From positions 275,550 through 339,549 of the IMG/VR virus record IMGVR_UViG_3300020045_006153: a DNA stretch of 64,000 bases, one strand, 5' to 3'. Shown piece by piece: positions 51,188 through 59,128 of the stretch (within the stretch, counting starts at the first letter, position 1; every line of letters begins with the position of its first letter). The stretch is from a virus. Lineage: Duplodnaviria > Heunggongvirae > Uroviricota > Caudoviricetes. Position numbers and translations under genes: made by a program. The notes under the pieces are model-generated. The model was not told where the DNA came from and did not search any database. It worked only from the letters and a program-made list of their open reading frames with translations.

Positions 51188-51421
51188 TTACAAAAGCACT
51201 GTTGCAGCATACGCCTCGTAAGCGTCCTCGTCGCAGTCAATCACTGCAAGCACTTTGCCAGTTTGTGCAGTAATCGTAACCATGTCGTCTTCGTCGCGCT
51301 CGTAGTAGCCCAGCAGCGTGTCATCCACAAAAACTTCGCCACTGTCCTGCTCGCCGTTAAAACTCAGCGTCTTGCCATTTGCAGTGTAAACTACGCCGCT
51401 GTCTGTGTAAAGTACTTGCAT
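51188..51421 (-). CDS. Early acidic beta-rich protein (in GA/GG-free block)
   Basis: Promoter and SD present; no Pro. Confidence 0.8.
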   Translation of the reverse strand: MQVLYTDSGVVYTANGKTLSFNGEQDSGEVFVDDTLLGYYERDEDDMVTITAQTGKVLAVIDCDEDAYEAYAATVLL

Positions 51422-51508
51422 TTTGTGTTCCTTGTTACTGTGTATGTATGTATTATACTGCCCAAAAGCAAAGTACGCAAGTGTTATTTGCGTACTTTAC
51501 AAAGTATT

Positions 51509-51772
51509 TTAGTTAAACACAAAGCCCAAGCGCTCTGCTTCTTGCGTTACAGCAGCAAGTGTAACAAAATCGTCTTGCACCCAGTCTGCGTCCAGCAGTG
51601 CGCAAACACAGTCCTCTTCGCGCTCTGCTTGCTCCAGTTCCATAAAGCGCACATCCGTGTGCTCGTTGCGCAGCAGCACAGCAGTACGTCCCTTGCTGTT
51701 AGCGTAACGCACGTTAATCACGCCGTTCAAAGTGCTAACGCCCACGAATTTGTAAGTTGCTGTGTTTGCCAT
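51509..51772 (-). CDS. Early protein, paralogue of 58143..58400
   Basis: KFVG.STLNG.I.VRY.N.KGR..VL.RN.HT..RF.EL shared; no Pro. Confidence 0.85.
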   Translation of the reverse strand: MANTATYKFVGVSTLNGVINVRYANSKGRTAVLLRNEHTDVRFMELEQAEREEDCVCALLDADWVQDDFVTLAAVTQEAERLGFVFN

Positions 51773-51878
51773 TTTGTGTTCCTTTTGTTTGCTACTGCAT
51801 TATTGCAGCGCATGTATGTATTATATACTCAAAAGCGTAAAGCGCAAGTGTTATTTTGCGCTTTACATATCTTTACAT

Positions 51879-52157
51879 TTAAGCAATGTCCGCAATGCAG
51901 CGCAAGTATTGTCCGCTGCCCGTCAATTTCACAGTGTTGCTGTAACCCAACGCATTAAAATCATTCTGCACTTGTTCCAACACACTGCTTGCCCGCAGCA
52001 TGTTAATCGTGTATACTACACTGCGCCGTGCAGGAACTTTCTTCGCCGTCTTCTCCGTGTAACTGCCCACCTTGCAGCCGTATGCATACTCTGCTGCTCC
52101 GTGTGCAGCAATCGCCTGCTTCATAACTTTGCGCACTTGCATTGTGTTTGCTTGCAT
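51879..52157 (-). CDS. Early hypothetical protein (in GA/GG-free block)
   Basis: SD aaggaga before MQANTMQ. Confidence 0.8.
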   Translation of the reverse strand: MQANTMQVRKVMKQAIAAHGAAEYAYGCKVGSYTEKTAKKVPARRSVVYTINMLRASSVLEQVQNDFNALGYSNTVKLTGSGQYLRCIADIA

Positions 52158-52232
52158 ACTATCTCCTTTGTTTAACATGTATGTATTATAACAGGATTTG
52201 CAAAGTGTGCAAGATATTTTGCACACTTTACA

Positions 52233-52826
52233 TTATACAAGCACTTGTTGCAAAGCCGCCACACGCACAATATTTTCCAACTTTACAGTACGCACACAAA
52301 TCGTATGCGTCACGTCATTCTTTTTATTGTACACTGTGTTGTCTTTTTGCAACATCTTTGCTGCCGCGCCCTTTGTGCAGTATGCAGCAACTTCTTCTTC
52401 TGTTACAATTTCGTTGTCTTTTACATACACACTCTTCGCACTATTATAGTGCAAATACATGTATTCCTGTCCGCTCACTTTGTTGCGTACAATTGTATAG
52501 CAGTCAGCGTCGTGTGTAAAGCTAGCTTCGCTTGCCTCAAACTCTGCTACATTCGTTTCGTCGTTGCCGTCAACCTTTTTTGCACTGCGTTGCACAGCCG
52601 CCACATAGTTCAGCCTGTTTGCAAACATCAGCACGCTCGCCCGTGTCACTTTTTGTATCAGCACGTCTTTGTGCGCAGCAGCAAGCGCCACCTTTGTCAC
52701 CTGCGTCACGTTCGCAATCGTTGCCGTGTTGTTGTAATCGCGCAACAGTGCAGTCACTCGCTGTGCAGTTACTTTGTTTTGTTTTTGTGCAGCAATAGCA
52801 GCGCGGGCGTAAGCAAGTGTAAGCAT
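52233..52826 (-). CDS. 197-aa early protein, proline-free
   Basis: Tandem promoters and SD present. Confidence 0.85.
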   Translation of the reverse strand: MLTLAYARAAIAAQKQNKVTAQRVTALLRDYNNTATIANVTQVTKVALAAAHKDVLIQKVTRASVLMFANRLNYVAAVQRSAKKVDGNDETNVAEFEASEASFTHDADCYTIVRNKVSGQEYMYLHYNSAKSVYVKDNEIVTEEEVAAYCTKGAAAKMLQKDNTVYNKKNDVTHTICVRTVKLENIVRVAALQQVLV

Positions 52827-53065
52827 TTTGTATCCTTTTTGTACGCTGCATTATTGCAGCGCATGTATGTATTATACGGCCGTTTGAAGGGGCTGTGCAA
52901 CTATTTTGCCTGCTTTACATATCTTTACAATTGGGCTTTATATAGCACATTTTTGAGGTCCTGTCAAGCATCTTTACACAACTTTACATTCGTTGTTTTT
53001 CCGCCACAAGACCCCAACTTTACATAACTTTACAATCGCCTCCAAAGCCCTTTCGGGCTGCTGGG

Positions 53066-53869
53066 TTATACTTTGTTCCAGTTGTTCTTCACGTAAGTTC
53101 GTGCTAGTGTACGCGTCATGCCCAACGTAAAAACTGCAGATGCAATCACAAGTTCCTCACTCCAGCCATTGCTCTTTGCTGCACTAATCAACGCACGTAC
53201 TTTGTCAGCATTGGTGCCGCCCGTTGTAGGTGCTTTGTACACGGGTTGCACAGTAAACACAGAGGGCTTTGGTGCTACAAACTGCGCTGCTGGCTTTGCA
53301 GCAGGTTTTGCTGCACTTGCAAGCATATGAGCCTGTGTACGTGTATATGGACTGTCCTTGCTAATGCGTCCTTTGCCCTGTGCAATACGTACACTGCCAC
53401 GTTGAATCTTGTTGTGGATGTTAGCGCTCACTGCAATAATGTGGCCGGTGCTAGTAGTGTATGCGTAGGGCTTGGCATGGGCTACTGCTTCGGGCGCATC
53501 TTCCTGGCGGTAGCAGCGCTCACCATTGCCACCAAGTGCACGGCACACTCGCTTCCAACCTGGGTTGTGCTGGCGACCATACTGTGGATGCGATTGGCAT
53601 ACGGTATGAGCAACTTCGTGTGGCACCGTGTCATTCAGCAAGTGGTCCCAAGACTGACCACCCAATTGCATATGATGGATGTTAAACCTGAGGTAATAAC
53701 CCTTATGCAGCGGGGTCGTATGTTGGAAGTTATACCCGGCCATTCCGGCAGCACGACCTGTCAAGTCAAAGCGCACATCAATTGTTGGCATCTTGATACC
53801 GAACGTAGACTCTGCTAGTGCAACACATGCTGCAACTTTGTCTTTAATTGCTTGGATCTTTGCTTGCAT
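53066..53869 (-). CDS. SprT-family zinc metalloprotease
   Basis: AAGMA, DTVPHEVAH (HExxH), QHNPGWKRVCRALGG. Confidence 0.88.
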   Translation of the reverse strand: MQAKIQAIKDKVAACVALAESTFGIKMPTIDVRFDLTGRAAGMAGYNFQHTTPLHKGYYLRFNIHHMQLGGQSWDHLLNDTVPHEVAHTVCQSHPQYGRQHNPGWKRVCRALGGNGERCYRQEDAPEAVAHAKPYAYTTSTGHIIAVSANIHNKIQRGSVRIAQGKGRISKDSPYTRTQAHMLASAAKPAAKPAAQFVAPKPSVFTVQPVYKAPTTGGTNADKVRALISAAKSNGWSEELVIASAVFTLGMTRTLARTYVKNNWNKV

Positions 53870-54268
53870 TTCGTTTCCTTTGTTTGCTGCGTATGTATGT
53901 ATTATACTCTCAGCCTAACAGTATGTCAACAACTAATTAACCAAAAGGTCTACGACCTAGCAATGTATCAATACCCACAAGGATACAGAACCAAATGTAA
54001 TGAAAGATCAGACCGTCTGTTATCCAATACGCAACGAGCAAACACAGCAGCAACATAGCGCCGCACCCCAGCAAGAATAGTGTCATGTCAACCCCTAACG
54101 TACAAACTTACCAAACAAACTGCAACAAACGCTCCCACCACAATGTGCGCTATAATGTTTCGCATTACTTGCCCAGCAAGGGTTGATCGTTTACAATGCA
54201 CCACACTGATCGTGCAATTACTACACCGATAGCAAACAAACACAAGTGGTACACTAGATATGAAGTGA

Positions 54269-54496
54269 TCATACTTTTTCCTTAAACACTGGTTCGTTCC
54301 AGTATAGCGTTATTGCAAAAACTCCTGTGGCCAATACAATGAGTGCGTTTACGCCCGGGATCATTGATATGATCGTACGGCTTATCAAGTATCCCCACGT
54401 AAGCATTGCCGGCCATGCTTTTGCTTCTCTGTAGTATATCAGTCCGCACAGCAACACGCTAATGATATAACCGACGATGAGCATTTCTACTAGCAT
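54269..54496 (-). CDS. Small membrane protein
   Basis: Hydrophobic segments, IPGVN. Confidence 0.65.
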   Translation of the reverse strand: MLVEMLIVGYIISVLLCGLIYYREAKAWPAMLTWGYLISRTIISMIPGVNALIVLATGVFAITLYWNEPVFKEKV

Positions 54497-54609
54497 GGGA
54501 GTCCTTTTGATTTGCGGTAAATGAACACTTCTAACTTCACAATGCCGTACACAAAAATCAGTGTCATCGTTGTAAAGAAGTAAGGAGCAAGTTGTTGTAT
54601 TGTGTGCAT
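54490..54609 (-). CDS. 39-aa leaderless membrane peptide
   Basis: TATAAT-ACATAC-ATG; MHTIQQLAPYFFTTMTLIFVYGIVKLEVFIYRKSKGLPC. Confidence 0.5.
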   Translation of the reverse strand: MHTIQQLAPYFFTTMTLIFVYGIVKLEVFIYRKSKGLPC

Positions 54610-54776
54610 GTATGTATTATACTCTCACTTAGGATAATTTGCAACCAATCCTACGATCAATCCTACCAAACACACCCAGAATGCAAATCGACCCGACAGT
54701 GTGTTGTCTTTAAACAACACCCCCACTGCTAGTGCATTGATTGTTATCAATAGCACAGAAAAGAAATGTGGGCCCA

Positions 54777-55025
54777 TTAAATCGTATCCATTTCTTGTGC
54801 CATATCATACATCTTGGGGTCCATACGACGCATGCCGTCTTCCCACTTGTCAGTGCAAATGAATTTGTCAGTGTGGTGATCCCATTGACGATCTAAATTC
54901 GAAGATATAAAATATCGAATATCCTCGATCTCTTCGTTAGTCAGGATGATCTCGAGGTCGTTCAATCTGCGCATATTAGCCCCATTGAAAAAATGATTTC
55001 TTGTGTGGAGTTGCACCGTGCTCAC
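54777..55025 (-). CDS. Early hypothetical protein (true start probably the internal MRRLND)
   Basis: ORF track. Confidence 0.55.
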   Translation of the reverse strand: MSTVQLHTRNHFFNGANMRRLNDLEIILTNEEIEDIRYFISSNLDRQWDHHTDKFICTDKWEDGMRRMDPKMYDMAQEMDTI

Positions 55026-55202
55026 GTGCTATCCAGATAGTATAGCAAGGAACGATATTGATGCAGTATCGTTTGTTATATTCGCTGTAGTGCACACCTA
55101 GCCACCATGCACCTGCTTGAAACACAATACCACATTTCATTTCGTTTCCTTTGTTTGCTGCGTATGTATGTATTATAACAGGGACTTATCTCCCTGTCAA
55201 CA

Positions 55203-55532
55203 CTATTCAGCCCAATAAAATCCCACAGTCTTGTCTTCATTGCACAGCCTGCGAATGCGCGCCTGTTCAGACTTGTGTTGATTGCTGGTAGCAAGTCGGC
55301 CATTGAAGCGGTCCGCTGCTGCTGCTGTGATGCTGCTGTACCGCTTGCCATATGCCACAACAGGCTTGCGATACGGACGCTTTTCGTTATCCAGGAGCAC
55401 TGCTTGCTCAACTTCTTCACGTGTCACTGTGCCTGCTGTAAGGCCGATGAACAGTGCAGTGCGGCCTGCTTGACAAGTAAGCGGCAGTGCAGTATAATCG
55501 ACCTTTTTAACTGCTTTGATACGTGCGTTCAT
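55203..55532 (-). CDS. Early protein with NUMOD1/HTH-like motif
   Basis: KPVVAYGKRYSSITAAA...IRRLC. Confidence 0.65.
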   Translation of the reverse strand: MNARIKAVKKVDYTALPLTCQAGRTALFIGLTAGTVTREEVEQAVLLDNEKRPYRKPVVAYGKRYSSITAAAADRFNGRLATSNQHKSEQARIRRLCNEDKTVGFYWAE

Positions 55533-55589
55533 ATGTGTCCTTTTGTTCCTTGTGTGTATTGTAACGCAAATATAACTCTGCGTCAATCA

Positions 55590-55772
55590 TTATTTGCTGA
55601 AAGGGAACTTGCCGGTCATGACGTATGCTGTAAATTCTTCAGCCTTCATGTATGCGATGTGCACTCCCTTCATCTCCATGCTTATGAGTTCTTCTGCCTG
55701 AGTTGTGGCCTCGGTAGAAGTGTCCCAGGAGCCGAAACAGTCATACCTGTCAAACACATACCATATTCCCAT
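55590..55772 (-). CDS. Early hypothetical protein
   Basis: Promoter and SD present. Confidence 0.65.
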   Translation of the reverse strand: MGIWYVFDRYDCFGSWDTSTEATTQAEELISMEMKGVHIAYMKAEEFTAYVMTGKFPFSK

Positions 55773-55832
55773 TTCGTTTCCCTTTGTTTGTTGCATGTAT
55801 GTATTATACTCTCAATCTCAGGCACTGTCAAC

Positions 55833-55862
55833 AAAAAAGAGCCCTTTCGGGCCCTCTTTTTA
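55833..55862 (-). terminator. Intrinsic terminator after the AAA+ gene
   Basis: aaaaaagagccctttcgggccctctttt (GAAA loop on the minus strand, U-tail). Confidence 0.7.
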
Positions 55863-55863
55863 C

Positions 55864-56781
55864 TTAGTTAGTAAGCACATACGTAGCCAACTGCTTCCAG
55901 TTGCCGCCTGCTGCCCGCAACTTTGTAACCGCTTGCAGTGTGCGCAAGGACAACTCCTTAACGCTGTTTTGCTGCTCTTTGATCAAGTCCATTGCGTCCT
56001 GCTTGTGCTTTTGCGCAGCGGACGGCATAAAACTAACGCTTGCAACCATATGCTCCATGCGCTCAATCTTTTGCTCTGCAGTCATCTTCAAGTCCACACA
56101 GTACGCCCGGGTAAGTAGTGCACCTGCAATTTGATTGCGTTGCATGTTGCTAATAAAAATGACGCGTCCGTGGAACACAAAACTACGCGGCAAGTCGTCG
56201 TCCTTCATGTCCGCGTTCCAGCTAATAACGCGCTTGTCGTAACTGTCCAGCGCGCCCTTCAGCAAGTTGAGTGCAGTAGCGTCCTTCAGCACGTCATCGC
56301 AGTCGTCAAACACAAGCACGCCGTCCTTGTTCATAAACAACTCGCGGTACAGTCCTTTTGCAGTACTGTAACCCTTAATCATTTTGTAACTGTGCGCGGG
56401 CTTTTCTTCGTCTGCTTCAATTCCGCTAGCATCCACGAGCCCGTGTGCAGCAAGTGCTTCCTGTACAGTATGCGTCTTACCCAGCCCGCCTGGCCCTGTA
56501 ATAACAACGCTGTTCGCTTTGTTTTCAGCAACCATGCCCACCAGCTGCGTCACGAAGCCAAAACGCTCCATAATAGGCCATTGTGCGTCAACGTCGTCTG
56601 CGGATCCTGCAATGCCGTCTTCAGTCATGCCCACTTCGTCGCTACCCAAGTCCTCGACATTCTTGTGTCCAGCCTTTTCCATCATCTTCACAACACGAGT
56701 CTTGTCGTAGGACTTAACAACTTTGCGTCCCATGTACATGCCAACCCAATTGCCGTCTGCGTAAATAATCTTTGCTTGCAT
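55864..56781 (-). CDS. AAA+ P-loop ATPase
   Basis: GPGGLGKT Walker A, LVFDDCD Walker B, LLKGALD, IFISN. Confidence 0.85.
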   Translation of the reverse strand: MQAKIIYADGNWVGMYMGRKVVKSYDKTRVVKMMEKAGHKNVEDLGSDEVGMTEDGIAGSADDVDAQWPIMERFGFVTQLVGMVAENKANSVVITGPGGLGKTHTVQEALAAHGLVDASGIEADEEKPAHSYKMIKGYSTAKGLYRELFMNKDGVLVFDDCDDVLKDATALNLLKGALDSYDKRVISWNADMKDDDLPRSFVFHGRVIFISNMQRNQIAGALLTRAYCVDLKMTAEQKIERMEHMVASVSFMPSAAQKHKQDAMDLIKEQQNSVKELSLRTLQAVTKLRAAGGNWKQLATYVLTN

Positions 56782-56879
56782 GCTACGTATCCTTCTGTTG
56801 TTTGCTATGTGTCTATTATACTGCTATTTGTGAGAGTGAGCAATCTCTTTGTGAGGTACTTGACCTCACTGTAGGGTTA

Positions 56880-57041
56880 TTATTTGATAATGTTGAATGC
56901 AATCAGACCCAGCACAAATGCTGAGATCAGCGGAATGATCTTGAATACAACTGCTGAGGCAAAGTTCGTTGTATTCAGTACAGAGCCCATAACAACGAGA
57001 TATGCAGCGATAACGAGTTGTGCAATTTGAACGTTTTCCAT
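56880..57041 (-). CDS. 53-aa two-helix membrane peptide
   Basis: MENVQIAQLVIAAYLVVMG...; promoter and SD present. Confidence 0.55.
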   Translation of the reverse strand: MENVQIAQLVIAAYLVVMGSVLNTTNFASAVVFKIIPLISAFVLGLIAFNIIK

Positions 57042-57221
57042 TTGTATTCCTTTGTTGCTATGTATGTATTATAACCCCAATCTCGCATGTTGTCAATAAC
57101 ATATTCTCTATAGGGTTATTATTCGAGCAAGCACCCTCTACGTCCATCCCCCTTTGTTCGACATACTTATTATAGTCTCATAAGAGAAAGTGTGCAAGCA
57201 ATGCCCGCACACTCTGTAGGG

Positions 57222-57548
57222 TTAATACGTAATTGGCACGTTAATGTTGATGCCTTGCGCAGACAGTTTGCACACAATGCCTTCGTCTTCCCATTCGGCG
57301 ATGCATTTTTTAAACAATGGTTCGTCTCCTACAAATCCGCCTTCTACTTTAACAGTAATCATTGTCTTACGGGCACTGTTAAAGACACGTGCGTTAGGAT
57401 TCAATGTAGACACCACTGCTTGAATTGCGCGTGACTTGATCTCTACATGCTCGGGGAAGTTGCTTCGATTTGCGATATCGGTCATACGTGCGTTAGCAAA
57501 CGCTCCGTATTTCTTACGGCCAGCATCTTTTGTTTCGATATACTTCAT
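57222..57548 (-). CDS. Early hypothetical protein
   Basis: Promoter and SD present. Confidence 0.75.
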   Translation of the reverse strand: MKYIETKDAGRKKYGAFANARMTDIANRSNFPEHVEIKSRAIQAVVSTLNPNARVFNSARKTMITVKVEGGFVGDEPLFKKCIAEWEDEGIVCKLSAQGININVPITY

Positions 57549-57605
57549 ACATACTCCTTTGTTGCTATGCTTGTATTATAAGGCTAGTTTAGTTGCTTGT
57601 CAACC

Positions 57606-57827
57606 TTATTCGGGGATAAGTTTCGTGCCTTCCCAGATGTAAATCTCGCCCAGGTTGGTATGCATAGTTGCACCGGCTGTGGTTCTGAATGCATTGACCG
57701 CTGTTGGCATGCCGACTGCTTTATATCGGTAGAACTCGCCTGAGATGTCTTTAATCATTTGTTGTGCAACGAAGTTGTTAACCTTCATTATCATTTGGCC
57801 GGTGCTGTCGCGAATGATGTATGTCAT
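57606..57827 (-). CDS. Early hypothetical protein
   Basis: Promoter and SD present. Confidence 0.7.
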   Translation of the reverse strand: MTYIIRDSTGQMIMKVNNFVAQQMIKDISGEFYRYKAVGMPTAVNAFRTTAGATMHTNLGEIYIWEGTKLIPE

Positions 57828-57879
57828 CTTGTGTTCCTTTGTTGCTTGTATGTATTATACTCTCACAATGCAGGAGTGT

Positions 57880-58135
57880 CAACAACTATTTAAATCCACC
57901 CTGTTAATTCAGGCTATGCATCCTTACCAGATGCCAACGCTGCGACACGTTTCGAGTTAGTTCCCGTATTGTAAGCCCTCGTCGCAAAAGGCCTGTGGAT
58001 TCAAATAGCAGTTGTTTGTTTAGATAGAAGGCGTTAACATAGCTTCCTCTTGAGGCTTAGTTACTGCATTCACACGCTGAGCCTTGTACTCAGTTGTAAC
58101 GCCTTCTATCTAAACAAAGCCCTTTCGGGCCCTGC
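57880..58135 (-). ncRNA. Candidate structured non-coding RNA (two long-stem domains)
   Basis: Perfect 22-bp inverted repeat 58015-58036/58097-58118; 14-bp stem 57886-57899/57995-58008 with one G-U pair; internal hairpins. Confidence 0.5.
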
Positions 58136-58142
58136 TTATTGC

Positions 58143-58400
58143 TTACGCAATTTCCAGTTCCAGCCGCTCAAACTCACGGCCCACTGCAAACGCATTGTGG
58201 ATGTCCTCTTGCACAAAGTCTTCCTTGGACAGTGCTTCCACAGCGCCCACTTCGTCCAGCGCAACGGGCAGTTCAACAAAGCGGATCGCAGTGTGGCCGT
58301 TACGCTCCAGCACACGAGCACGACCCTTTTCGTTAGTGTAGCGCACAGCAATCTTGCCGTTCAGGGTGGACAGGCCGACGAATTTGAAAGTGTTGTTCAT
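58143..58400 (-). CDS. Early protein, paralogue of 51509..51772
   Basis: See paralogue. Confidence 0.8.
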   Translation of the reverse strand: MNNTFKFVGLSTLNGKIAVRYTNEKGRARVLERNGHTAIRFVELPVALDEVGAVEALSKEDFVQEDIHNAFAVGREFERLELEIA

Positions 58401-58499
58401 TTTAAATTTCCTTTAAAGTGTGTTGCTAAGTATGTATTATAACGTCTAACTAACTATCTTGCAAGTCTTTTTTGCTTGCTATTTCCAATTTCTTTTTGT

Positions 58500-58622
58500 T
58501 TACCAGAACTTGCTGATGAAGTGCACTGCTACATAAATTGCAGTGCCGGCAAATGCCGCTGCTGCTACAAACGAAAGCACAATCATCAATTCAATTAGTG
58601 TGAAACCTTTTTGCTTTTTCAT
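58500..58622 (-). CDS. 40-aa type IV prepilin-like peptide
   Basis: MKKQKG^FTLIELMIVLSFVAAAAFAGTAIYVAVHFISKFW; own promoter and SD aaaggag. Confidence 0.8.
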   Translation of the reverse strand: MKKQKGFTLIELMIVLSFVAAAAFAGTAIYVAVHFISKFW

Positions 58623-58683
58623 CTCTAACTCCTTTGTTGCTATGTATGTATTATAACGCAGTTTTTACACTGCGTCAACCTTT

Positions 58684-58923
58684 TTATGCCAACAACGTAA
58701 TGTTGTCTGTGCTCAGTTGTGTACGTGCAATCACCATTGCCGCTTCCACTGCTGCTTCCTTCACTTCGTCGGAAGCGTCGCTGTCGCACAAGTCGCCGCT
58801 CACGTAAGCACTGTTCAACACGCTTACGCGCTTGGATGCAATGTCGAACGTTACAAGCAAACGCAAAGTCCCCAGGCGTGTGTTTTTAACTACTTTGGCT
58901 ACTGCTTGGCAATGTGTTTGCAT
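58684..58923 (-). CDS. Early hypothetical protein
   Basis: Promoter and SD present. Confidence 0.75.
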   Translation of the reverse strand: MQTHCQAVAKVVKNTRLGTLRLLVTFDIASKRVSVLNSAYVSGDLCDSDASDEVKEAAVEAAMVIARTQLSTDNITLLA

Positions 58924-59128
58924 GTGTGTTCCTTTGTTGCTATGTATGTATTATAAGGCCAATTTAATAGCCTGTCAACTGTTTTTACTCAATAACGCTT
59001 GCTGCTGCACCAGCAATCAATCCCACGCCAACGACCAGCAAACCGTGAAAGTTGTTACCGGTAAGGCCTGCTGTTGCTATAGCAGTAATAGCGACGCCGA
59101 TCAGGTAGATATGAAATAGTTTCATAGA

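Larger units (their letters stand above)
51176..53034. promoter_or_regulatory. Five tandem direct-repeat boxes CTTTACA-N3-CTTTACA
   Basis: 51176-51192, 51861-51877, 52913-52929, 52972-52988, 53018-53034. Confidence 0.7.

Noticed and set aside
50833-52877. UV/deamination mutational erosion (C>T at YC) as the sole cause of the GA/GG gap
   Set aside because: The block is GC-richer, not poorer, than the rest of the window, and its genes and promoters are intact, which favours selection. It is not formally excluded.
49492-53027. Long + strand ORFs (334, 506 and 260 aa) across the early array
   Set aside because: These are antisense shadows: they cross multiple promoters, have odd C/H/V-rich composition nearly lacking D/E/G/W, and stay open partly because TGA cannot occur where GA is excluded.
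57925-57995. Hammerhead-like fragments (GACGAG...CTCGAAACG...CGTT on the minus strand)
   Set aside because: The CUGANGA core is not intact (GCGACGA) and stem I does not register; the alternative pairing TGCGAC/GTCGCA is better. Kept only as a generic ncRNA candidate.
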